DNA of 64,000 nucleotides. Origin: Welwitschia mirabilis. Taxonomy: Eukaryota. Below are positions 52,501-62,561 of this stretch, piece by piece. Position 1 is the first letter of the stretch; each line of letters begins with the position of its first letter. Location: positions 20,554,059 to 20,618,058 of the forward strand of contig JBOZIK010000001.1 in the NCBI GenBank assembly GCA_051453625.1, in the 5' to 3' direction. The notes below the pieces were generated by a model. It worked only from the letters and a program-made list of their open reading frames with translations, was not told the DNA's origin and searched no databases. The position numbers were made by a program, and so were the translations under genes.

Positions 52501-54527
52501 GCATTTCTTGCTTTCCACTATTACCAATGGAGGGAATTTAATGAAATTCCTTCTAGAAGACTTAGCTCTGTTTTCCTCCTGTAGTAGCATCTTTGCCTTC
52601 AAGGCCATGTTTTGGGTCTCAGACCCATTCAAGGGCGTCTGTGTGCCTATTTAGCCATGTCTCGCTGGCCTTGATCCACTTAGATGCCTCGCTACTTGCT
52701 AACTCTTTGTCACCATCAAATTATTATGTTTTGCTAGTCTAAGACATTCACCAGTATACTCATGGACCAGCCTTTGGGGCTGAGTACACCTTTGGTATTG
52801 CTGGCACAAGTACTGTTCATAGTCAAGAGGAAGAAAGTGCTCCTGCAAACGTTCGTTTATTTTATACCATGTTTTTACTCGATCCTTTCTTTCCCTTATC
52901 CTATTCTCTTGTAATCTGTCCCACCAAGTAGAATCCCCTCTTTGCAACTGGTATGCTACCAGTTTCACCCTTTGCCCTCTTGGATTTAGGTATATTTGAA
53001 AATCGTTACAAATTTGCCTACTAGTTTATCAAATCCTCTATATGTACATCACCATTAAAGTTGGCAATATTGTCCTTAAGACAGAAGTCGTCTACCTCCC
53101 TGTTCCTCCTAGATCCATGAAATACCTTGCATATCCACTGTCGTTGTCATCTTCTCAATTGTCCACATAGGCCTGCTGCCGACACATGCTTGTAGGAGCA
53201 GGTTTGGCAATAGGTTGGCTATGAGTGAGATCTTCAGTGAGCTCTCTATCGTCTTCTTGGTTCTTGTTGGCATCAATCCTTCGAGCATTGAGTCTTGCAT
53301 TGATCTACTCCAGACTTTGCTCGATTTTCTCAAATCTTTGATCAAACCTGTGCTCTAGGATTCTAAATGCCGCCTTTTGGGCCTACATAGTCAACCAGAT
53401 GGCTTGCATCTTTTGATCACTGTTCACGGAATGGTTGCCGCCAACTTTGTCATGACTCATCATCAAAGCATGCAAATCCTCATCTGATACCACCTGACAT
53501 AGTGAGTTAGTGAAGGAAGGGTAGTTCATGACTAAACTCTGAGGGACAGAAGTTAGAGACTGAAATCTGTAGAGTAGCTGGAATAATAGTGAATTGCATG
53601 ATGGTGGCCATATGCCAAACAGTACCATAAGCACCAATAAAATCTACAAAATCTGAAATTACTGAAATTATATAAAACACATCCTAGTTTGCTAAGGCGT
53701 AAAGTATGAGCTAAGTTAAAATAAGCTGAAGTCTTGGATCATTGATTTCGAAACAACTAAAATCTACAGATTACATGGACCACGGCTTATGAAACTGTTG
53801 AAATCACAGACCAATGATTACGAAATGGCCTGGGCCACTCCTTCTGGGTTGAAAGTTATGGCTATTTTCAGTTAGGCTGCCCATTTAGGCTGTACGGGCT
53901 GCTTGTTTGGGCTTTTGATGATCAGACATTCCACAAACTCCTTTACTATTCGCTGTATGCAAAGAGGGCATTAATGCATATTACTATTTATGCACTTTGT
54001 TATTGTATCTATACATTTGAAGCATGCGTTGCATGAAGATATAGATTATTGGACCTAAGAAATTGGTCTTTTCGTTCAAGCCCAACTACACAGCTTAGAA
54101 CCCACCATAGAGGTTTGTTACATTTATTCAGTTTTGTGAGTGCTTCTGATTACATATTTATGAACAAGTTTGCATATATAATAACAAACTTGACATTAAT
54201 TATTATGCATACATAAACAATGTGCTACATAAAGTGTTGGGTACAAATCATGGGATTATGGACACTGATGTAGAAAGAGTAATTATTTATTTTCTTCCAG
54301 TAATTGAGTGCTTATTTTTCTTCTGTTATCTAATGCCTTTTATTTGAGTCTCATAGCAATGCACGGTTTTCTATTCATTGTTTGTTTACAGCTGAGGCTC
54401 AACGTTTGTTATTGGAGGCTGGCTTTAAACATCTGAGGGAACAGGACAGATGGGATTTGGAACCTGGTGGGCGTTACTTTTTCACTCGCAACATGTCTTG
54501 CATAATAGCATTTGCTGTGGGAGAAAA
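29296..54527 (+). CDS. Aspartyl aminopeptidase (peptidase M18), plastid-type, 5' partial: join(29296-29550,29677-29764,54392-54527); continues beyond the window
   Basis: The spliced frame is open across GT-AG junctions (phases 0, 1, 2): transit-like N-terminus, then [66 protein letters not shown]. This matches the plant plastid M18 N-terminus ([12 protein letters not shown]...[20 protein letters not shown]). Confidence 0.93.
29677..29764 (+). CDS. Aspartyl aminopeptidase exon 2
   Basis: TTCAG| acceptor; [29 protein letters not shown]; donor AG|GTTTGC. Confidence 0.93.
30700..30855 (-). mobile_element. tRNA-derived SINE-like copy with A-rich tail, 3' part tandemly duplicated
   Basis: Minus strand reads GCCAAATGGGGTGGTGCTGTAATTGGTAGGACACT...GGGTTCAAAC (A-box/B-box-like) followed by poly(A). 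A ~45 bp block is repeated at ~30705 and ~30762. Confidence 0.55.
31031..31095 (+). mobile_element. tRNA-derived SINE-like head
   Basis: TAGTCAAATTGG (A-box-like) ...GGGACACT...GAGGTCATGGGTTGAGAAC (B-box-like); shares AATTGGT(A/G)GGACACT with the minus-strand copy. Confidence 0.5.
32100..33210 (-). mobile_element. 5'-truncated L1 LINE ORF2 C-terminal remnant
   Basis: Minus-strand translation near 33020-33150 gives [32 protein letters not shown], matching the L1 'RL..WK.K.LS..GR..LI.S.L..LP.Y.MS' motif. Confidence 0.7.
33462..34811 (+). mobile_element. Old LTR plus Met-PBS (family X), interrupted by a hAT-like insertion
   Basis: Ends ...TTACA at 34796, then TGGTATCATAGC. Colinear with 35279-35393 plus 41444-41886 once the insertions are removed. 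Confidence 0.6.
33864..34625. mobile_element. Non-autonomous hAT-like DNA transposon (762 bp)
   Basis: 8-bp TSD CTCACAAG/CTTACAAG. Decayed TIRs CAGTGCTTCAAATGG / CCATTTTAAATATATG. Absent from the paralogous LTR at ~41720. Confidence 0.6.
35394..41443 (-). mobile_element. Sirevirus-like solo LTR (interrupted by a Copia element)
   Basis: Minus strand starts TGTTAA (41443) like the LTR at 12839 and shares the AGAGT(A/G)GAGTAAGG and terminal CACCCCC motifs. TSD AGACC/AGGCC. Confidence 0.7.
36347..41403 (+). mobile_element. Full-length but degenerate Ty1/Copia (Tork/Tnt1-like) LTR retrotransposon
   Basis: LTRs 36347-36712 and 41056-41403; PBS TGGTATCAAAGC; PPT AGTGGGAGAG; TSD TTTAA/TTTAG. Motifs [58 protein letters not shown]. 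Confidence 0.93.
42500..43440 (-). pseudogene. Gypsy (Athila-like) RT-RNase H fragment
   Basis: ORF 43015-43434(-): [46 protein letters not shown]. Confidence 0.88.
43484..43524. repeat. (AG)n microsatellite, ~20 units
   Basis: Perfect AG run directly visible, immediately before an LTR terminus. Confidence 0.97.
43526..47823 (-). mobile_element. 3' half of an Athila-like Gypsy element (integrase C-terminus, extra ORF, PPT, 3' LTR)
   Basis: LTR 43526-44508 (TG...CA) with internal ~63 bp repeats. PPT-like GGTAGGGG on minus. Integrase end LDTVLWSY...WSGPY...[10 protein letters not shown] at ~47340-47820. Extra ORF at ~44700-46000. Confidence 0.8.
43940..44295. repeat. ~63 bp tandem repeat inside the Athila-like LTR
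   Basis: GATGC(A/G)T(C/T)G(C/T)TGGGCGACCTGTAAGTGGC(A/G)A recurs about five times. Confidence 0.85.
47924..48474 (+). mobile_element. 3' portion of a Sirevirus-like LTR after a gap
   Basis: Ends ATTCATCCCACTCT...TCTAACA, resembling the LTR terminal motif of the other SIRE-like copies. Confidence 0.4.
48700..53962 (-). mobile_element. CRM-clade-like Ty3/Gypsy LTR retrotransposon, old and internally deleted
   Basis: LTRs 48700-49184 and 53495-53962 (TGACATAG...); PBS TGGTATCAGA on minus; PPT AAGTGGAGGGGAC; TSD ATAGG/AGAGG. gag VKLVAYQL...WWDRLQ...[19 protein letters not shown]; integrase [13 protein letters not shown]...[10 protein letters not shown]. Confidence 0.85.
54392..54527 (+). CDS. 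Aspartyl aminopeptidase exon 3
   Basis: TTTACAG| acceptor; phase matches exon 2; [12 protein letters not shown]...[22 protein letters not shown]; donor AA|GTAGGA. Confidence 0.95.
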
Positions 54528-55220
54528 GTAGGATGTTTGTCTTTGCTTGCAATGTTCCATTTTTCTGTTTTGTAATAATAAATTTTATTTGGTGATTCAT
54601 TCAAGATTTTATAGTAGTATTTGCCTCTTGAATTTTGTCTTTTTGAGACACTTTCATAAATAACTGTTTATCAGTCAACTTTATTAGGATAACATAAATG
54701 TCTATTGATGCTTTGCAAGCTGCTAATTCTTTTTCTTTGACGTATAGATTATTAGAATTAATGATCTAGTGTAACAAAAAGTTTTCACATATGAATGCTT
54801 TGTGTAATTTCCAACTTTTATGTATATTAATGATTCCTAGTTTGAGACTGATTGGTAATCATCAATTAAAGTAGTGATGTGCGTTTGCAGGTTGTGTAGT
54901 TGTTTTAGAAATGTTATAAAATTTCATTGTAATAATGTTTGTTTAACCCCTCTTTTCTCTTTAATTCCCTCGCGTTCTCTCTAGCCCGTTGGCTTCACGG
55001 GTTATACACTTGGATTGACGGGCACCCCTATACTTGGAGATTAGTTTTCTGCCCATGCTTCCCATCACATCTACTATACCTTAAGCATGCGATAGCAAAA
55101 AAAAAAGAATGGAAAGAATATGATGTAACATTAAAGACACCAGATACACAATATGTTGCAAAGGTGTTGTCCTTATACTTGCATCAACCTGCGTTAAAGC
55201 ACATGCAGGGAACAATGCAA

Positions 55221-55678
55221 TGTTGAGTAAACAAGTCCATTTCAATGATGAAATGATAGAACTCTTTCCTGATCGAACTCCCAGCTCGAGAACGTAAGCA
55301 AATCGAATCAAAAGTACTCAGGCCAGACTTTGGGAGTTAACAGATTTTTCATGAAATATATTGGAACGTTCGACTTCCAATCCCGAGACGTCCGACCCTG
55401 TAAGCGGCTCTTTATATTGGGACATTCGACTTCCAATCCTGGGACGTCTAACCCTGTAAGCAGCTCTTGATATTGGGACGTCCGACTTCCAATCCCGGGA
55501 TGTCCGACCCTGTACACTNNNNNNNNNNNNNNNNNNNNNNNNNNNNNNNNNNNNNNNNNNNNNNNNNNNNNNNNNNNNNNNNNNNNNNNNNNNNNNNNNN
55601 NNNNNNNNNNNNNNNNNNATTCCCCCCCCCCCCCCCCCCCTCCCCCCCCTCCCTCTAGGGTATTTTGTGATCCTAACA
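55221..55678 (+). mobile_element. Young Sirevirus-like LTR insertion, interior hidden by an N gap
   Basis: TGTTG...TAACA with a perfect TSD TGCAA/TGCAA, CpG-rich internal repeats and a poly-C CCCTCT motif near the 3' end. Confidence 0.75.
55360..55518. repeat. 56 bp CpG-rich tandem repeat (at least 2.8 units, truncated by the gap)
   Basis: ATTGGGAC(G/A)T(C/T)CGACTTCCAATCC...CCCTGTAAGC..CTCTT.AT at 55360, 55416 and 55472. Confidence 0.9.
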
Positions 55679-56449
55679 TGCAAATTGTAAGGTATTTACA
55701 CAAAAATAAGAACCATGGCCTAAAAGAGTGGATTCTTTAAATGAATCTGTATGCCTACATAGATGCAAATGATGGAAGAGATCTCATAAGGAGGGGATCT
55801 TGTATAGGGTATGTCATATTTCTTGGAATAATATTATATTGTGGCAAAGTTGAAGATAAGATAGACTCTTAAAATCAACTACAGAACCTGAATATAAAGC
55901 TTTGACTGATCTACTGTTGTGATGAGCATTAGTGAATTCTGTTACCTTGGATTGTCATTCCTATAGTAAATCGATGATCACTTGCTACCTTTGTGACTTC
56001 ATCACACACACTCTCTCTCTCGATCTATCTGTGGATGAGGATCATTTGATTACACAACTATTGCTTCCTATTATGGCGTTGGTTTTCTGTGCTTCATCTA
56101 AAAACACTGTAAGATATTGATCTATAATAACAAATTAGCACTTTGAGTTTTCAAGGACATGAATCCATTTTTATGTTTTGTAACATGTAAGCATTGTGTT
56201 TGTGATTATGGTTGGATGCAAGAACCACGAGTTAACATCCATTGTTTCTTTGACTCCATGTACTACAAGCCACACACCACATATACACCATACCAATATG
56301 TATGTTTAAGAAACTGGGATAACATGGTAATGAATGACTGTCTAGACCATCCTTGGTTCCCCTTTACTTGTGCACGCTAGTGCTCGAGCACGACTTTGGA
56401 AGGTTCACTAACCCTCCACAAAGGTCACCTTATTTCTAATACCATATAA

Positions 56450-58170
56450 TGTAACACAAATCTAGAGAAGGAAAAAACAAGGAAAGTTATAGGAAAATGG
56501 CATGTCAATGATTTTTCACTATCTATGAACAGAGATCACAAGGTAAGACCAATTACAAGCTAGGCCCAACACCTCAAGCTGGGATTTCCAAACTATACTT
56601 GCTTATGCTGAGAACAATCATTCTTCTTCCCACACATTCATGGTAAACCCTAAAGCGTGTTGATCAAACTGAAATTTTATTATGTTCGTAGACCCTAAGG
56701 ATCTATTGGACAGTTGAAATGCACCTGGGATGGGATTTGAAAACACTATCAAGGAAGTTACCAAATGTTGTTGGTACAATTTGGAACAAATCAATTAGAT
56801 CAGTAATTGTAATATGTCATTTGTGTCTTATGTGCTCAACTGTAGGAGATTGTAGGGTTACAAACCCTAGAAACCTAAATTTATTTTGCTACATGTCTTT
56901 AAATGCCCTTTAAAATAAAACACCCTAGCAACCAAAAGTGACTTTTTTAAAAGCTCACTTTTGTAGCATGCAAGGGGCCACAACTTTAGAAGAGATAATA
57001 AGAACATAAAAGTATAGTTTTGGCTTTAACCATCTCCCACTATCCAAAATAGAATAATGAAAATCCATATTGGACGCAGTCATCACTCTAAAAGCCCAGC
57101 TCCATAGTTTATAAACATGGATTCAAGCATGCAAAGGACAATTGGGTTGGCATCCTCACGCGAGAAGAATCTCTTATGATAACTTCCATCTAGACCAAGC
57201 CTCTCCAAGCCAAGAAAAACACATAAGACAACATCAGCTTAGTGCCTGCAAACACCATCTTATAAAGGCCTATGTATGTGGTCTTGTACATTGTTAGCAA
57301 ATTGAAGTGACTTATAGGGTAGAAACAATACCAACACAATTGAACATACAAAAGGAAAAATTTTTACACTCCCACTTGCTCTTTCTAATAGCCTTGGGTG
57401 GAAAGCCATAACCTAGTGTTAAAACAAAATAGACTATTCCTTCATATAGCCATCTAGTCTAGAGCATTTGACTTTGGAGGCAACATCATCATGTTTTAGT
57501 TCAACATAGTCTTTTTTTATGTGCTCATTCTTGTAATTGTGTTGAAATGTCAATCTGTTTTTGACATATGCAAGCTCATCACCTAACAAATTAACCAAGT
57601 TAGTTGAATGTTCAAGGTCTTTATCTAAAATAACAACCTGAGCTTGTCAAAATGTAGATTGCACATGCTTTTGCTAGTCTGACTTACCACCAAATCAACC
57701 CAATACTTAAGCAATAAACTCAAAAATACTGTAGCTTTATCTTCACTACTCATCTTCCCCCCAGCTGCGACCATTTGAGAGATGATGTGTCAAAGTGCTA
57801 AAGAGAAACAATTTCATGGATTCATACACCTATGGTCTTAAGCTGTGAAGTCTTTGATGCAAGAAGACACAGTTAGGCATTGTAATTGCTTAGTCGAGCA
57901 TTTCCAATCTTACCACAAATCGGTCATCCAGACAATGTGGAAGAGTTGCCAAAGCTTTCTGATCATTATGTTTTAGTTGTCAGTGGTGACAAAAGGAAGT
58001 CCTAGAGTTGGCCCCTATATAAGCAACTTGAGATCGCGTTCATACAACAACTCATCAACCTTGATCTTGCATAGCTTATAATTGCTATTGTCAAATTTGT
58101 GTATCAGAACACGCCCTCCCCATTATGCACACGAGCTCGCACTGAAGCAATATGCCATGAGATTCACACC
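56450..58170 (-). mobile_element. Highly deleted Copia remnant
   Basis: Minus-strand gag start-like 'IHKFDNSNYKLCKIKVDELL' near 58040-58110; AGTGGGAG PPT-like motif at ~57034. Ends unclear. Confidence 0.45.
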
Positions 58171-58404
58171 TTTAGATATCCTTATGACAAAACTCGCCTT
58201 GAAACAAAGAAGGGGGGAGAGAGAGGTAGCAAGCTAGAGAGGTAGAGAGAGAGGGAGGGAAGAGGGGAGAGAGANNNNNNNNNNNNNNNNNNNNNNNNNN
58301 NNNNNNNNNNNNNNNNNNNNNNNNNNNNNNNNNNNNNNNNNNNNNNNNNNNNNNNNNNNNNNNNNNNNNNNNNNNNNNNNNNNNNNNNNNNNNNNNNNNN
58401 NNNN

Positions 58405-61400
58405 CAAACAAAATGACAAAGCTAATTTGCAAAAAATGAAATTCCACATCTGAGGCCATGAGGCACTTTCTCATTAGCTTTTGCATCATATCTATACATA
58501 ACAAATTTTCTAAAAGTGGCCCAATTTCCTTGCCCAACTCTTGATCTCTCTCATGATCCACTAAACAAGGGATCATGAAGCTAATGCCTACTACAAGTCT
58601 GACTTAATCCTTTTAGTTTGGCACCCTTGTAAACTTTTATTCAAATTAGTTGAATGAATGCACTATTCAATTTCATGCCATCCATTCAACTATTACAAAC
58701 ATAACTTATATGTGGTAAGTATTTCCAACATACCCCTCCTTAATGTTATGCCCCTAATGACAATGAAAGGCTAACATTACAAATTAAGATTTAAGTTTAT
58801 TACTTTCACCTACCCTCACTAAAACATTAAACTCACTGACTCATTAGCCAACACACCCTAAGGCACTAAGCCAAATACAAAAGCCACTAACGCAAACCGC
58901 TAAGGTAGACACATAGCCAATACATAAAATAAGTTGGTGAAATGGGTAGATAATAAGAATATATTTAATAAGGAAGGGGTAATCAGTGCTTTTATAAAAG
59001 TAAAGGTAACTAAGATCCGGAAGGAATGTATGATCACAAAAAAGCTAGTATTGTATCCACCAAAGAGGAAGTGGAAACAGAATAGGAGGGCCGCAAAGAG
59101 CATCCATGCCAGAAATTGCTTTCCTATATTGCGATGCAACAGGAAATCTGTCAGTGATGCCCAACAGAATTGCGTGACTGCTATTTTGCTCTAGATAGAT
59201 GATGGATACATTCACCACAGACGTTCAGAGTCCCCATCAGAAAAGCCCACAATGCAACTGTCTGATGAATGTCCAAAAGCCACACACCCTCAACACCATT
59301 GGCCGAAAGATTCCTTAAACGTTCCTGATGTGACCCCATAGTTTTATTTTATATTTTGCTATTTAACATATTTCCCTGCTTTTCCTTTAGTCCCACATTA
59401 CTTAGGAATTTCTGTTAAAAGGACTTATGTCTTATAAATAAGTGGCTTATGTATTGTTTTAAAGACATTGAATAAAGACTTGAATTCTTATATTTGGAGG
59501 ATAATCACCCTCGAAGTGATTCTTGGAGGCTAATCACCCTCGAAGTGATTAAATGGGGGCCTGACTCCCTCAAAGTGGTCACTCTACTTTCAATTCCTAT
59601 GTTACGTTTTGCATAGTTACAACCGGGTTCGTAACATTTGGTATTAGAGCTATGGCTTTGTTAACGTGCACACAAAGGAAAAGATGTATGATGAGCTGAA
59701 GATTATATTAGAAGGACATAAGCGACAAATTCAAGAGATGAGGGCATATACCACTACCGCCATTGAGGATTTGAAAAAGATGATTATTGGATTAAGTCTT
59801 CAAGTGGGTCACTCGACATCCCAGTCTGAAGAATCTGCCATGGGTCATTCGACATACCAAAAGAGCAGAGAAGAATCAACTGCAAAAGTTATGGTCAATA
59901 TAACAAGCAAAGAAGAACAACTCGAGTCCATCTTGAACTTGTGTACAACTGAGAGTTCTGAATCACCAAAGAGGGAGACTAAAGAATTGGATTCACCTAA
60001 AGATGCTGAAGATTTTGAGCTGCAAAAGAGAGAAATTCAAAATTTGAAGTCGTAAAAGAAAGACGTTCAAGATTTACAATCCCAAAAGACATAAACTGAA
60101 GGTTTGGAGATGAAGAAAAAGAGTTTAAGACTAACAAGGATCTTGAAATAGTGAAGCCTTGTGAAAAGGAAAGAGGACAAGATGCAATAGGATGTGGTCT
60201 TGATCTTCCAAATTGGGCTGCGAATGCTTAAGCAAGAATTGTAGAGAACATCAAAATGACCATACAATTCAGGGTAAATGATGAAGGACACCCATACAAT
60301 GGCTGGAATAGAAGTGTTATGAGGGTGGTAAAATGCATTGTAGTGTTGAATGTATTTTTTTGGTCAAATATTTGATCCTCACCTATAAATACTCTTTGAT
60401 TTATATAATAAAGATACAGATGACATAAAGCTTCTGATAAGGTTAGAATTGAAGGCACATGAAAATACCTTTACAAGCTTAAAGAAGAAGTTTCAGATTA
60501 ACAACCTTAAGGACATGGTTGTTTTGAAAGGGGGTGGAATGATGTGACCCATANNNNNNNNNNNNNNNNNNNNNNNNNNNNNNNNNNNNNNNNNNNNNNN
60601 NNNNNNNNNNNNNNNNNNNNNNNNNNNNNNNNNNNNNNNNNNNNNNNNNNNNNCACAAACTGAAGGTTTGCAGATGGAGAAGAAAGAGTTCGAGACTGAC
60701 AAGGATCTTGAAATAGTAAAGCCTTGTGAAGAGGAAAGTGAATAGGATGCAATAGGATGTGATCTTGATCTTTCGGATTCGGCTGCAAATGCTCAAGCAA
60801 GAATTATAGAGAACATCAGAATGAATGATGCAGAGCACTCATACAATGGTTGGAATAGAAGTGTTATGTGGGTGATAAAGAACACTATGGNNNNNNNNNN
60901 NNNNNNNNNNNNNNNNNNNNNNNNNNNNNNNNNNNNNNNNNNNNNNNNNNNNNNNNNNNNNNNNNNNNNNNNNNNNNNNNNNNNGGGTTGGAATTGAAGG
61001 CATCTGAGAATACCTTTACAAGCTCAAAGAAGAAGTTCCAGATTGACAACCTTGAGGACAAGTTTGTTTTGAAGGGGGGTGGAATGATGTGACCCCATAG
61101 TTTTATTTTATATTTGCTATTTAACATATTTCCATGCTTTTCCTTTAGTCCCACATTGCTTAGGAATTTCTGTTAAAAGGATTTATGTCCTATAAATAAG
61201 TGGCTTATGTACTGTTTTAAAGGCATTGAATAAAGACTTGAATTCTTATATTTGGAGGCTAATCACTCTCGAAGTGATTATTGAAGGCTAATCACCCTCG
61301 AAGTGATTAAATGGAGGCCTGACCCCCTCGAAGGGGTCACTCTACTTTCAATTCCTATGTTATGTTTTGCACAGTTACAACCAGGTTCGTAACAGTTCCA

Positions 61401-62561
61401 TTTGCAAGTTAGATGAAACCGCATTGGATCCATTATCTTTTGTAGCATTCTTGCAAATATGGTGCACCAAAATGGCACCATTGGCATGGGAATTACAGAA
61501 AGAGATAGAAGTTAACGTCATAGATTGCAACATTTAGAGCACATCAATCAAAAATCTCAAAGCACAAAAGATCAAAGAAAAAATGCCATGGAAAAATGTG
61601 AAATTTAACATCTATGGTTTTGAAAGGTGTTGTAAAGCCGTTGGCCATAGAATAGCATGCGGATTGGATAAAGATATTCATGTGGAGGAATCAAAGAGGA
61701 TCTGGGTGAAGAATGTCAGATATCCAAGAGGAATTTCTTTGGCTTGTCACTCTGTGTGTGCCCTTTCGACTTAGACATAAAGGTTCTTGCAAAGTGAGAA
61801 CCGTTGTTCAATTCTTGTATAAGAACCCTCAATCTATCACTGAAACTAGGCTAGAGTAGAAATGATGTGCAATCCTATGTAGAAGTAGCTGCTTTTGTCT
61901 TTGACAAAGCCGCAACATCTGACTCATGGACTATCAAAAGCCTTCATAGAAGCTTCAAACCCTAACTCTGTGAAGGAAGGCCCTCTGCTGGACCCATAGA
62001 GCTTCACCTGTTAGTGGATTTCCTTGGCAAAAACAACTTTTCTGCTTTCTGTTCTGATTTTCGTGGAGTTACATAACCAAATCTCTACTCCTTTTCTTTT
62101 CCATTTGATGACGATCAAAATTTGCATAGGATTGTGAGAGGCCATGGTTAAATGGAACCTCTCATCCTTAAGCTCTGATACCATTTGTAGAAAATTACAG
62201 AGTGAAGGTGAGGGGAGGCAAACATAGTGACAAAGCTAATTTGTAGAAAATGAGATTCCACATCTTAGGCCAAGCCAGGACCTATGATGAGGCACTTTCT
62301 CACCAGCGTTTGCGTCATATTTATACATAGCAAATTTTCTAAATATGACTCAATTTGCTTGCCCAACTTCTAATCTTTCTCTGTTGATCCACTAAACAAG
62401 GGATCATGAAGCTAATGCCTATTGCAAGTCCAACTTAATCCTTTTAATTTGGTAACCTCATCAACTTCTATTCAAATTAGTTGAATGGATGCACTATTTA
62501 GTTTCATGCCATCCATTCAACTATTACAGACATAACTTAAATGTGCTAAATATTCCCAACG
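58405..62561 (-). mobile_element. Internally deleted Copia-like LTR element hosting a nested insertion
   Basis: LTR copies <58405-58730 and 62186-62561. PBS TGGTATCAGAGC (62172-62183, minus); PPT AAGGAGGGG at ~58733. RNase H trace VGFSDGD at ~59230-59250. Confidence 0.75.
59326..61394 (+). mobile_element. Non-autonomous Gypsy (Reina/chromovirus-derived) small LTR element, apparently tandem
   Basis: Near-identical ~310 bp LTRs 59326-59636 and 61085-61394; perfect TSD GTTCC; PBS TGGTATTAGAGC; 'LEDKFVLKGGG' PPT region. A third LTR start at 60540. No pol domains visible. Confidence 0.85.

Noticed and set aside
54885-55226. Acceptor-like sites and ORF 54939-55226 as exon 4
   Set aside because: No frame gives the expected M18 'GF..IAAHTDSPCL' sequence.
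55360-55518. CRISPR-like appearance of the 56 bp repeats (also 43940-44295 and 9790-10030)
   Set aside because: Contiguous tandem units without unique spacers, inside plant TEs; no cas genes.
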